Assembly (NCBI GenBank): GCA_027068075.1
Contig: JAMOUJ010000006.1
Span: forward strand, 346,706 to 410,705
DNA length: 64,000 nt
From: Candidatus Aminicenantes bacterium
Lineage (GTDB): Bacteria > Acidobacteriota > Aminicenantia > S016-38
Direction of reading: 5' to 3'
In this document: piece by piece, positions 37,900 through 47,210 of the stretch
Numbering within the stretch: position 1 is the first letter of the stretch
Layout of the letters: every line of letters starts with the position of its first letter
The notes under the pieces: model-generated
Database searches by the model: none
What the model saw: the letters and a program-made list of their open reading frames with translations, nothing else
Told to the model about the DNA's origin: nothing
Program-made: the position numbers and the translations under genes

Positions 37900-38781
37900 A
37901 TGTTAATTGTGAAAGAACTCAGCATTAAAACCAGTGCTTTCCATATAATTCGGCAGGTTTCCTTTAAAATTAACCAGGGAAGGGTGAAAGTGCTTTTGGG
38001 AGAATCCGGAGCCGGAAAATCAACCCTGGGACTTTTTCTTTCCGGAGTATTGAAGCCCGGGCTTTCCTGGGAGGGGGAGGTTTTTTATCATGGAGAAAAA
38101 ATCAACCCTTTGGGGGAGGACTGGAGGGGAAGAACCGCCGGGTTGATCCTCCAGGACCCTTATTCTTCCTTTGATCCCAGACAGAGGATTCTTTCAGCCC
38201 TGGTGGAACCGTTGATGGTCCATCTTTCCTTGTCCAGGGGTGAGGCGGAGGACCGGGCCCTTTACTGGCTTCGCCAGGTGGAATTTCCCCTGGAAAAAAG
38301 GTGGAGGTTTCCCCACGAATTGAGCGGTGGACTTCTCCAAAGGGCCGCCGTGGCCGCCGCCCTGATCCTGGAACCCGGCGTACTGATAGCCGACGAGCCC
38401 ACCTCAGCCCTGGATCCCCCCCTGCGGGCCGGGATAAGGGAACTTATTAAGAAATTTTCCCACAAAAGGCATGTGCTTTACATAACCCATTTCGTGGAGG
38501 ATGCCCTCTTCTTCGGCGAGGACTATCTGGTCCTTTACGGGGGACTGGTCATGGAAGAGGGCCCCCGGTTGCGTCACCCCTATTCAAAACTTCTCATGAC
38601 TTCGGTGGTAAAGCCGGGAAAGGAACTTCCAGAAGTTACTGGGTTTTCCCCTCACCCATCTTCCCTTCCCCCGGGATGCCCCTTCCGACCGCGCTGTGGC
38701 GAGGCTTCCGATAGGTGCTATGAACTTCCACCGTTAAAAAAAGCGGGCGAAAACTTGGTGAGGTGCTGGAATGTCCGTTGA
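37900..38781 (+). CDS. Oligopeptide ABC transporter ATP-binding protein (OppD-like)
   Basis: GESGAGKS, LSGG..QR, ADEPTSALD, GCPFRPRC. Confidence 0.9.
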   Translation: MLIVKELSIKTSAFHIIRQVSFKINQGRVKVLLGESGAGKSTLGLFLSGVLKPGLSWEGEVFYHGEKINPLGEDWRGRTAGLILQDPYSSFDPRQRILSALVEPLMVHLSLSRGEAEDRALYWLRQVEFPLEKRWRFPHELSGGLLQRAAVAAALILEPGVLIADEPTSALDPPLRAGIRELIKKFSHKRHVLYITHFVEDALFFGEDYLVLYGGLVMEEGPRLRHPYSKLLMTSVVKPGKELPEVTGFSPHPSSLPPGCPFRPRCGEASDRCYELPPLKKAGENLVRCWNVR

Positions 38782-39610
38782 ACTGGTGAAGATAGAGAAA
38801 AAATTGGGGGAATTTCGGTTGAGGGATTTTAACTTGAGGGTGGAACGGGGGGAAACCCTGGGAGTGGTAGGCGGCTCGGGTTCCGGTAAAACCACCGTCT
38901 TCAAAATTCTCCTCCGCCTGCTCAGGCCGGATAGGGGAAGTTATTTTCTGGACGGCAGGGATGCCATGGCCCTTTCCAGGAGGGCCTTTTCCCGGAGGGT
39001 ACAAGGGGTTTTTCAAAACGCTTCCCGGGCCCTGGACCCCCGGAAGACCGTGGATTTCCTCCTCAGGGAGCCCTACCTCATCCACCGGGACCTGGAGCCC
39101 AGGGTGGAGGAACTCCTAAGGGAAGTTTCTCTGCCCCCCGAAATCCTAAGGTCCTATCCTCCGCAACTCAGCGGTGGACAACAGCAGAGGGTGGTTTTGG
39201 CCCGGGCTCTGGCCCTGGAGCCGGACTATCTGGTGGCCGACGAGCCCACCTCCGCCCTGGACCCCACGGTTCAGGTTCAAATTTTGAAATTGTTAAAGAA
39301 AATTCAGGCCAGGAGGAATATGGGCCTCGTTTTTATATCCCACGACATAAATCAGGTGCTTTACATGAGCCAGGGACTTCTGGTTATGCTATCGGGATTG
39401 ATCATGGAAAGCGGCGGCGTGGAGGAGGTTCTTAAAAAACCCTCCCCGTACACCCTTCATCTTCTGAACCCCCGGCCTTCCAGGGAAAGGGAAGGGGGAG
39501 CGTGTCCCTTTTACGGTCTTTGTCCTCTGGCAGGGCCTAAATGCCAGAAGGAAATCCCTCCCCTAAGAAGCCTGGGGGAAGGTCACCTGGTCCGTTGTCA
39601 CTATATGTGA
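38771..39610 (+). CDS. Oligopeptide ABC transporter ATP-binding protein (OppF-like)
   Basis: GGSGSGKT, LSGGQQQR, DEPTSALD, C-terminal Cys cluster. Confidence 0.9.
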   Translation: MSVELVKIEKKLGEFRLRDFNLRVERGETLGVVGGSGSGKTTVFKILLRLLRPDRGSYFLDGRDAMALSRRAFSRRVQGVFQNASRALDPRKTVDFLLREPYLIHRDLEPRVEELLREVSLPPEILRSYPPQLSGGQQQRVVLARALALEPDYLVADEPTSALDPTVQVQILKLLKKIQARRNMGLVFISHDINQVLYMSQGLLVMLSGLIMESGGVEEVLKKPSPYTLHLLNPRPSREREGGACPFYGLCPLAGPKCQKEIPPLRSLGEGHLVRCHYM

Positions 39611-39850
39611 TTATTTCTTCGGTCCTATGCCCACGAATATGGGACCGGAGGATTTTTCGGCCACTTCGTTCAGTTCCTTTAGGATGGCCTCCAGGTCCCC
39701 GCCGTTTTCCGTAACCACTTCTTCCACCGTTCCCCACACCGGGTCTCCGCAGACCAGGGCCGGGATGGCGTGTTTGACGAAGACCTGAACCGTCTGAGGA
39801 TACTTGGTCACCACCTCCTCAATGAGCATGTCCTTGGTAATGAGAGCCAT
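39611..39850 (-). CDS. DUF1858 domain protein
   Basis: ITKDM.I.EVV.KYP....VF...G-type pattern; GGAGGAG SD. Confidence 0.75.
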   Translation of the reverse strand: MALITKDMLIEEVVTKYPQTVQVFVKHAIPALVCGDPVWGTVEEVVTENGGDLEAILKELNEVAEKSSGPIFVGIGPKK

Positions 39851-39887
39851 TTTCTCCTCCTTCAGTTTCCTCTAAAATTATAGCAGA

Positions 39888-41741
39888 TTATGGGCAGAAC
39901 TCTAATTTTCCCTCCAGAACCCTCAGGGCTAAAAGTCTTCCCCCCAGAAAGGGCATGCCCACGGCGGGGGATACCAGGGTTTCCTCCCCCACCTTTCTTT
40001 TTCTCCTGCCGTTTACGAGGACCTTTCCCCAGCCCTTCACCGTTATGGGTCGGCGGGTTATGAAAACTATGGGGTCGTAATTCCCACCGAGGAAGCATCT
40101 TCCCCGTTTTCCCTCCCAGTTGTAGACTTTTACTGCGTATTTTCCCCCTTTGAGGGTGGTCTTCTTAGCCAGGGGAATTTGTGGCAGGACCAGGAAGGGG
40201 AGAAGGAGTACGATGAAAAAGGCCGTAAGGTAAACCTTCCTTTCTCTGCCGGTTTTTTCCATTTTCAAAACTGCAAGAAGCAGAAGGGCAAGCACCAGGG
40301 GGACCCAGAAATAATTGGGGAGCCAGGAGGAGGGCATGGCCCGGGGGTGTTTGGTGAAGGAGGGTAGAACGGAGGGAAGGTAAACCGCCGGGGTTGAAAG
40401 TTTGTGGAAGAGGAGTCCCACCCTGTTGGCTACATCGTGGGTGGTGGGGCCGTAGTAGGCCATGGGAAGAGAGGCCAGCAGGAAGGCAAGCCCCGAGGAG
40501 ACTCCCACCAAAAATTTAAATGTGAATTTTAAATTTCCGTTTCGGGTACGGTGGAGGAACAGGGCGTAGCCCACCGCCAGGGCCCACACCGCCGAGGTCA
40601 GCGGCCTGGCCGGAGGACAGTATCCTCCCCGGTGGGTCTGCCACCCGTAGTTGAAGACGAAGGGAAGAACCAGGAGGAGGGAGGTCAGGGCTATTTTCCT
40701 CCTCCAGAATCTTAACAGGGCCGCCAGGGAAAGGAGGGCCACGGGGGCGTAGGGTAGAAGCCCGTCCCTCTGGTCAAACAGGTAGTCCAGGAAGGTGGAG
40801 AATCTGTAGTGCCAGGGGATTCTGTAGAGGATGTCCTTCATCACCTCAAGTCTTCTACCCGGAGGAAGGGGGCCGTAGTAAACGGAAAGCAGGGAGAAGT
40901 TTCCGTAGTTGACCTTTAAAAAATAGAGGAAGGCCGATAAGGGAAGCAGAGCGGGGAGAAGGAAATAAGGGGATTTTTTCCTGAGGAAATAAAGGGAAAG
41001 CAGGAGGAGTACCAGGAGGTAAACGGCGTATTTGGCGCCGAACCACGGAAGGGCTCCTGCCATCAGTCCTGAAAGAATGAGAAGGCCTCTATTTTTCCTC
41101 CACAGGGAGAGAAGGCTCAGGGTGATAATCAGGGCCACGGGTATTTCCGGGAAGATGTGAAAAAAATAGGGGAAGGCCGGTGCGGTGAAGGCTATCAGGG
41201 CCGTGGCGTAAAGGGAAACCTCTTCGGAAAATTCCTCCCTGAGAAACAGATAGAGTATGTACAAGAATATGAGGCCGTATAGGGAAAAACCCAGCCTCAG
41301 CACGATTTTTTTCCCCGGGGGGGCCAGTGGCCTGGAGAGGGCGTAAAAGGGAATCATTAGAACCGAGGTTCCCGGCAGGTGTATGGAAAGCCAGGTTCTG
41401 GCGCTTACCGGCCTGGCGTGGGGAAGGATTCTCACCTTCTTCCGCTGATAAAATTCCTTCCACTGTCCCTGGAGGTATTGATTTTTCACATTCAGATCCC
41501 CGTCGTATACCAGGGATTTGGTTATGAGAAGGTAGTGGGGCTCGTCTCCGCTGGGCCCCAGGTTCTGCATTTTGAACACGGAATAAACGGTGAACAGCAG
41601 GGATAGGAGCAGAACATGCCATATTTTCAATTTGACCCTGTCCCTCCGGAGCCACAGCCAGGACCAGATCCATAGGAAAAAGACCAGCCTGGCCAAATGG
41701 TTCAATGGGGCGTAGGGGAACAGGATTTGACCCATTGCCAC
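39888..41741 (-). CDS. GT-C-like membrane protein (putative glycosyltransferase)
   Basis: GDEPHY, H.PG, PE, LFDQRDGLL.YAP, GG.CP.AR. Confidence 0.6.
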   Translation of the reverse strand: MAMGQILFPYAPLNHLARLVFFLWIWSWLWLRRDRVKLKIWHVLLLSLLFTVYSVFKMQNLGPSGDEPHYLLITKSLVYDGDLNVKNQYLQGQWKEFYQRKKVRILPHARPVSARTWLSIHLPGTSVLMIPFYALSRPLAPPGKKIVLRLGFSLYGLIFLYILYLFLREEFSEEVSLYATALIAFTAPAFPYFFHIFPEIPVALIITLSLLSLWRKNRGLLILSGLMAGALPWFGAKYAVYLLVLLLLSLYFLRKKSPYFLLPALLPLSAFLYFLKVNYGNFSLLSVYYGPLPPGRRLEVMKDILYRIPWHYRFSTFLDYLFDQRDGLLPYAPVALLSLAALLRFWRRKIALTSLLLVLPFVFNYGWQTHRGGYCPPARPLTSAVWALAVGYALFLHRTRNGNLKFTFKFLVGVSSGLAFLLASLPMAYYGPTTHDVANRVGLLFHKLSTPAVYLPSVLPSFTKHPRAMPSSWLPNYFWVPLVLALLLLAVLKMEKTGRERKVYLTAFFIVLLLPFLVLPQIPLAKKTTLKGGKYAVKVYNWEGKRGRCFLGGNYDPIVFITRRPITVKGWGKVLVNGRRKRKVGEETLVSPAVGMPFLGGRLLALRVLEGKLEFCP

Positions 41742-41764
41742 CGCGGCGGAAGAAATCAGGAAAA

Positions 41765-43786
41765 CTACCCCATGAGGACCTCTATTTCCTTAAGTCTTTT
41801 CAACTTATCCCTGTAGTGGGCCGCCAGTTCAAAATCCATCCGTTGGGCCGCCTCCAGCATTTTTTTCTCCAGTTCTTCCATCATCCGTTTCCTTTCCTCC
41901 GAGGTGATGTATTCCTCGGCGTTTTCCGCCACCCTTTCCGCCTCAAAATAATCGGAGGCGCTCATCTGGTAGGCGATGTCCTTTTTTACGGTCCTGGGCG
42001 TTATCCCGTGTATTCTGTTGTATTCCTCCTGGACCTTCCTCCTTCTGGAGGTTTCCTCCACCGCTTCCTTCATGGCGGAGGTCATTCTGTCCGCATACAT
42101 TATAACCCTGCCCCGAGCATTTCTGGCGGCCCTTCCGAAGGTCTGAATAAGGGCCGTGGTGGAGCGGAGGAAGCCCTCCCTGTCGGCGTCAAATATGACC
42201 ACCAGGGAGACCTCGGGAAGGTCAAGTCCCTCCCTCAGCAAGTTTATCCCCACCAGAACATCAAATTCCCCCTGGCGAAGGGCCTTTATGATCTTTATCC
42301 TTTCCAGAGTGTCTATGTCCGAGTGAAGGTACTTGGCCTTTATTCCCACGGAGAGAAGGAAGGAAGTGAGTTCTTCCGCCAGCCTTTTGGTGAGGGTGGT
42401 TACCAGAATCCGGTCCCCCATCTCCACCCTCTTCTTTACTTCACCTATGAAGTCCTCTATCTGTCCCCGGGTGGGCCTTATCTCCACCTGGGGATCCAGA
42501 AGTCCCGTGGGTCTGACCAATTGTTCCACCACCGCATCCCCCGCTTTCTGAAGTTCGTAGGGACCCGGGGTGGCGGAGACATAGAGAACCTGGCCCACCC
42601 TGGCCTCCCATTCTTCAAACTTCAGGGGTCTGTTGTCCAGGGCGGAGGGAAGGCGAAATCCGTGTTCCACCAGTTTCAATTTCCTGGAGCGGTCCCCTTC
42701 GTACATGGCCCTCAGTTGTGGGATGGTCATGTGGCTTTCGTCTACTATTATGAGGGTGTCGTCCGGTATGTAGTCCATCAATGTGAAGGGGGGTTGTCCC
42801 GGGAGTCTCCCGCTGAGGTGCCTGGAGTAGTTTTCAATGCCAGGGCAGTGGCCCGTTTCCCTGAGAAGGAGCAGGTCGTAGCGGGTCCTCCTTTCTAACC
42901 TTTCCGCCTCCAGTAGTTTTCCCCGGGAGACCAATTCCTTTAGCCTTTCCTCCAGTTCCTTTTCTATGGATTTTATGGCTTTTTCCAGCCTATCCCTTGG
43001 GGTTACAAAGTAGGTGGGGGGATAAACGGTGGCGTATTTGCGCTGGCTGAGAACCCTCCCGGAGAGGGGGTCAATTTCAAATATGGCGTCCACCTCCCTG
43101 CCGAAGAACTCTATCCTGTAGCCCGTCTCTTCGTACGGTGGAAAAATCTCCAGTTGATCTCCCCTTAACCTGAATTTTCCCGGTTCTGGAAGTTCCGAGC
43201 GGGAGTATTGTATCTCCACCAGTTTTTCCGCCACATCCGCAGGATTGAGAATTTCCCCCTGATGAATCCTGAAGGCCAGACCGAAGTAAACATCTGGATC
43301 ACCCATACCGTAAATACATGAGACCGAGGCCACCACTATCACATCCCTCCGCTCGTGGAGGGAACGGGTGGCCCTCAGGCGGAATTTATCCAGTTCCTGG
43401 TTGATGGTGGCTTCCTTGGCGATGTAGGTGTCGGTCTGGGGTATGTAGGCTTCGGGTTGATAGTAATCGTAGTAACTGACGAAGTACTCCACGGCGTTCC
43501 CTGGGAAGAACCTCCGGAATTCCTGGTAGAGTTGGGCCGCCAGGGTTTTGTTGTGGGAAATCACCAGGACAGGCCTTTGAAGTCTCTCTATGACATTGGC
43601 CATGGTGAAGGTTTTGCCCGAGCCGGTAACCCCCAGAAGGACCACATGCCGGCGTCCCCCCTGGAGGTAGTCCACTATTTTCTCTATCGCCCGGGGTTGG
43701 TCCCCGGTGGGTTTGTAGGGAGCCTTCAGTTGAAACCTATTCCAGTTTGATGGGCTGGAATAGGGTGAGGAAGTTTGCCCTGCCAT
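41765..43786 (-). CDS. uvrB: Excinuclease ABC subunit B
   Basis: P.GDQP.AI, GVTGSGKT, YYDYYQPEAY, DESH, GINLLREGLD, C-terminal UVR domain; start uncertain. Confidence 0.97.
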   Translation of the reverse strand: MAGQTSSPYSSPSNWNRFQLKAPYKPTGDQPRAIEKIVDYLQGGRRHVVLLGVTGSGKTFTMANVIERLQRPVLVISHNKTLAAQLYQEFRRFFPGNAVEYFVSYYDYYQPEAYIPQTDTYIAKEATINQELDKFRLRATRSLHERRDVIVVASVSCIYGMGDPDVYFGLAFRIHQGEILNPADVAEKLVEIQYSRSELPEPGKFRLRGDQLEIFPPYEETGYRIEFFGREVDAIFEIDPLSGRVLSQRKYATVYPPTYFVTPRDRLEKAIKSIEKELEERLKELVSRGKLLEAERLERRTRYDLLLLRETGHCPGIENYSRHLSGRLPGQPPFTLMDYIPDDTLIIVDESHMTIPQLRAMYEGDRSRKLKLVEHGFRLPSALDNRPLKFEEWEARVGQVLYVSATPGPYELQKAGDAVVEQLVRPTGLLDPQVEIRPTRGQIEDFIGEVKKRVEMGDRILVTTLTKRLAEELTSFLLSVGIKAKYLHSDIDTLERIKIIKALRQGEFDVLVGINLLREGLDLPEVSLVVIFDADREGFLRSTTALIQTFGRAARNARGRVIMYADRMTSAMKEAVEETSRRRKVQEEYNRIHGITPRTVKKDIAYQMSASDYFEAERVAENAEEYITSEERKRMMEELEKKMLEAAQRMDFELAAHYRDKLKRLKEIEVLMG

Positions 43787-44966
43787 ATCCCATGTAGTAG
43801 TCAAACCCCGGGAGACTTTCTCCGTTTACATCGTCGGTGGTGTAGATGAGGGCCTTTCTAACCTGGTCGGGGGTGAGGTTGGGCTTCAGGCTCAGAAGGA
43901 GGGCGGCGGCACCGCTTATTATAGGAGCCGCAAAGGAAGTACCGTCTCCCACGGCGTATCCACCGGGATAGGTGGAGAGTATGCTTACCCCGGGAGCCAC
44001 CAGGTCCAGGTGGGGACCGAAGTTGGAGAACCAGGCCTTTTTGTCTTCCGGATCGCTGGCCCCCACGGAAATGCAGAGGGGAGAATAGGCCGCTGGATAC
44101 AGAAGGGCTCCGGCGTCGTTCCCGGAGGCGGCCACCAGGACCACATTGTTGTCGGCGGCCCTCTTTACCGCTTCCTCCAAAACCAGCGAGGGTTTATAGC
44201 CTCCCCCGGAGAGGTTTATAACTTTAACCCCCCGTTCCACGGCGTATTCTATCCCGTCGGCGATCTCCGAGTATGTTCCCAGGCCGTGGGCGTCAAATAT
44301 CTTTATGGCCATTATCTTGCATTTCCAGCAGATCCCGGCCATTCCCTTGCCGTTGTTGGTCTTGGCTCCGATGATTCCGGCCACCATGGTGCCGTGTCCG
44401 TGATCGTCCCTGGGATCTTCGTCGCTGTTTATGAAATCGTAGCCTTTGATGACCTTGCCCTTCAGGTCAGGGTGATTGTAGGCCACCCCGGTATCCACCA
44501 CCGCCACCACCACATCTTCGGAGCCAGTGGTGTACTTCCATGCGTAGGTGGCTTTGACATCGGCACCCCTCTTAAATCCTTCCTTGCCTCCGGGATTTTT
44601 CAAGTACCACTGGTCGGCAAAATAGGCGTCGTCGGGGATTACTTCTTCGTCCTCGTCGGCTATTCTGGCCGGGTAATCGGGTTCGGCCCAGAGCACCCGG
44701 GAATCGGAGGCCAGAACCTGAAGGAGGTCCTTCTGACCTTTGGCCTGAAAGACCACCCATCCCTTCATCAGGAGTTTCTTCACCGGCTTTATTCCGTAGT
44801 CCCTGGTGAGGCCCCTGATGTCCGCCTGGGGATGGAGTTTCACCAGAATCCTGGCGGAACCCTGCTTAAAGGTGGGATTAAAGTCCGGCTCCCGGTCCTT
44901 CTTTATGGCTCCCACCAGAAGAAAACTCACCCCCATGAGGGCTATTATTATGTGTTTTTTCCTCAT
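43737..44966 (-). CDS. Subtilisin-like serine peptidase (S8)
   Basis: VVDTG, HGHGT.VAG, GTSFAAP; signal peptide. Confidence 0.93.
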   Translation of the reverse strand: MRKKHIIIALMGVSFLLVGAIKKDREPDFNPTFKQGSARILVKLHPQADIRGLTRDYGIKPVKKLLMKGWVVFQAKGQKDLLQVLASDSRVLWAEPDYPARIADEDEEVIPDDAYFADQWYLKNPGGKEGFKRGADVKATYAWKYTTGSEDVVVAVVDTGVAYNHPDLKGKVIKGYDFINSDEDPRDDHGHGTMVAGIIGAKTNNGKGMAGICWKCKIMAIKIFDAHGLGTYSEIADGIEYAVERGVKVINLSGGGYKPSLVLEEAVKRAADNNVVLVAASGNDAGALLYPAAYSPLCISVGASDPEDKKAWFSNFGPHLDLVAPGVSILSTYPGGYAVGDGTSFAAPIISGAAALLLSLKPNLTPDQVRKALIYTTDDVNGESLPGFDYYMGYGRANFLTLFQPIKLE

Positions 44967-44977
44967 TTCCTACCTCC

Positions 44978-45697
44978 TTAGAATGTAAACCCAACTTCCC
45001 CGTGGAAACTTAGGCCGTTTATGAAACCCACGGAAACCCCTCCGCTGAGGTGTTCTCCGCTGTAGAAATTGATGCCCAGCAAAATCTCCATCGGAATCCT
45101 CGGCCGAATTTTCTCGTCGCTCTGTCCTTCAAGGTCCTGAAATTTTTCGGTGAACTTGACGCTTCCCCAGAAGTAGTCAAAGTAAAGGCCGATGTAGGGT
45201 TCTATGTTTTCCTGGCCCTCGTACATGGCCAGAACTCCCAGCCTGAAGTCCCAGAAGTGAACCTTCCCTTCCACCGAACCGGTTAAGTAGTCGGAGCGTT
45301 CCACCCCCCACCGGTGGGAGGAAAGGTTGTAGGATATTTCCGGGTTCAAGACCAGGGAAACCTCGTCGGAAAAAACATAGGGTTCCCAATATGCCCCTGC
45401 ATACACGGAATAACTGGGCTTGGAGTAGGTGGTGGATACGGAAATGGGCAAGGAGGTGAAGGTGAGTTCCTCCCCGAAGGAAGTTTTACCGTACATGATT
45501 CCGAAGTAGAATTCGGTGAATTCGTTGATCAGCACCGAATTTTTAAGCCCCACCAATGTAAGGTTTAGAGAGGTTTCCTTTTCTCCTATTTTTGCTTTTA
45601 AACTCCTGTAACTTCCCCTGAGGCTCAGGGTGTATTCCAGGCCTTCCCCGGCCACTAAGAAGATTGAGAGGAGTAAAAACAAAATCGCTTTTTTCAT
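44978..45697 (-). CDS. Putative outer-membrane beta-barrel protein
   Basis: Signal peptide, alternating beta strands, C-terminal GFTF. Confidence 0.6.
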   Translation of the reverse strand: MKKAILFLLLSIFLVAGEGLEYTLSLRGSYRSLKAKIGEKETSLNLTLVGLKNSVLINEFTEFYFGIMYGKTSFGEELTFTSLPISVSTTYSKPSYSVYAGAYWEPYVFSDEVSLVLNPEISYNLSSHRWGVERSDYLTGSVEGKVHFWDFRLGVLAMYEGQENIEPYIGLYFDYFWGSVKFTEKFQDLEGQSDEKIRPRIPMEILLGINFYSGEHLSGGVSVGFINGLSFHGEVGFTF

Positions 45698-46368
45698 TTC
45701 TCCTCCTTTTCGCAATTAATTTTTGCTTCCCAGATTTTCCTCCAGTTTCCCTCCCATGTGTATAGTTTACACTTTATTTCGTTCCGGGAAACTTCCATGT
45801 TCCATTGGGCTTTTCCGCTGCCCTTTAGAGTGAAAATTCTGGTAATTTTACGGCCCTCCTCTTCCATTATAAGCATGAGCCTGGCCTTGTCAACCAGGGA
45901 ATACGAAGCCTCTATGAGGAGTTTTCCAGCCCTGCAGGAATATCTTTCCACCTCTATTTTCCCCGATTTGTGGGGCAGGGGTTTCATCTTTCCAGGTATT
46001 ATTCCCATGGCCAATCCGTAAAACCTAAAAACCCTGCCCTCCAGGGGGTAAACCCTCCACCTATCGGGAAAGTCCTCTTCCCTTCCCGCAAGGAATTTAA
46101 CCACCTCCTCCCTGTCCACCGTAATCTGGAGGACGGGGATCCTGAACTTCCTCAGAACCAGAGAAAACTTTTCCCCGTAGGGATATGTAAAAGCCAGGGA
46201 GGAAAGGAGAACCGAGGCCCGGGGCACCAGGTCGCCCCTTTTCCATTCCCCTGCCTCGCAACTCAGCACCACCTCTTTCTTTAATGCGAATATCCTGGGT
46301 TGCTGGCATCCGTAGTTGAGGAGGACCTGGTGGAATTCCATCAAAAGGGCGAGGATCACACCGCTCAC
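45694..46368 (-). CDS. Hypothetical protein
   Basis: Overlaps neighbours by 4 nt at both ends; host codon usage. Confidence 0.55.
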   Translation of the reverse strand: MSGVILALLMEFHQVLLNYGCQQPRIFALKKEVVLSCEAGEWKRGDLVPRASVLLSSLAFTYPYGEKFSLVLRKFRIPVLQITVDREEVVKFLAGREEDFPDRWRVYPLEGRVFRFYGLAMGIIPGKMKPLPHKSGKIEVERYSCRAGKLLIEASYSLVDKARLMLIMEEEGRKITRIFTLKGSGKAQWNMEVSRNEIKCKLYTWEGNWRKIWEAKINCEKEEK

Positions 46369-47210
46369 TGGAAAAACCTCCGGTAAATCATTTCAAAGGC
46401 CTCCTTCATTTCCGGGGATGAGGTGAAGGGGGAAGAAAACTCCACCCTTGCCTGGGAATCGGCCCTGGTGAAGGCTTCACCCGGGGAGAGTCCCCTCTTT
46501 CTCAACAGAAGATATCGGTATAACCTGATTCCTATGGGCTTGAAGTCCCTTATGTCCACGGCGTCCCAGCCGAGATACCTGTATATCCCCGGCAGGGAGG
46601 GTTCGCTCTCATCGGCGGAAAGGCAGAACAGTCCCGTTTTTTCTGGGGCGTTTATCATGTAAAGGATCAACCTGTAGATAAAGTGGGCTTCTCCTGGGTC
46701 CTGGTTTATTCTGAAGGGGGGCACCTTCCTCAATTTTTCGTCCTCCCACCACCGGAGCCACAGGTATTTGTCCGGGAAGGGTTTTCTGGCCCTGGCCTCC
46801 ACATCGGAAAGGGTAAAAACCCCCGCATCGTAAAAGAGTTTCATTCCGTGTTTTCCCTCCCCGATGAGGTTTTGTTTTTTCACCCACCTTTTACACCGGT
46901 TTTCGTCCAGGGTGGGCTTATTCCTTTTTACCGGGCAGGAGGAAAAGAGGAGTTTCCAGGTCCCCGGTCCCTTGAGGAGGAAAAAATACCTTCCCTCCCT
47001 CAGGTAAATTTCCTTTTTCCCCGATTCCAGAAGAACCTTCCCCGAGGAATTCACCAAAAGATAGTCCTCCGCCTGGACCTCGGCGTAGATTTTTCCGGGA
47101 AACTCCAGGGCGAAGGAGTAAACCTGAACCCATCCCTTTCTTTCGGTATTGCCCTGGGATATCAAATACGGCCTGGAGCAGAGCAGGGATAGGATCAGTA
47201 GAAGGGTCAT
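46365..47210 (-). CDS. Hypothetical (possibly exported/lipo-) protein
   Basis: ATGA overlap, hydrophobic N-terminus ending in Cys. Confidence 0.55.
   Translation of the reverse strand: MTLLLILSLLCSRPYLISQGNTERKGWVQVYSFALEFPGKIYAEVQAEDYLLVNSSGKVLLESGKKEIYLREGRYFFLLKGPGTWKLLFSSCPVKRNKPTLDENRCKRWVKKQNLIGEGKHGMKLFYDAGVFTLSDVEARARKPFPDKYLWLRWWEDEKLRKVPPFRINQDPGEAHFIYRLILYMINAPEKTGLFCLSADESEPSLPGIYRYLGWDAVDIRDFKPIGIRLYRYLLLRKRGLSPGEAFTRADSQARVEFSSPFTSSPEMKEAFEMIYRRFFQ

Noticed and set aside
41705-42898. 397-aa plus-strand ORF (likewise 44010..44981, 56851..58227, 59563..60756)
   Set aside because: Antisense shadows of uvrB, the S8 peptidase, the transglutaminase and ahcY
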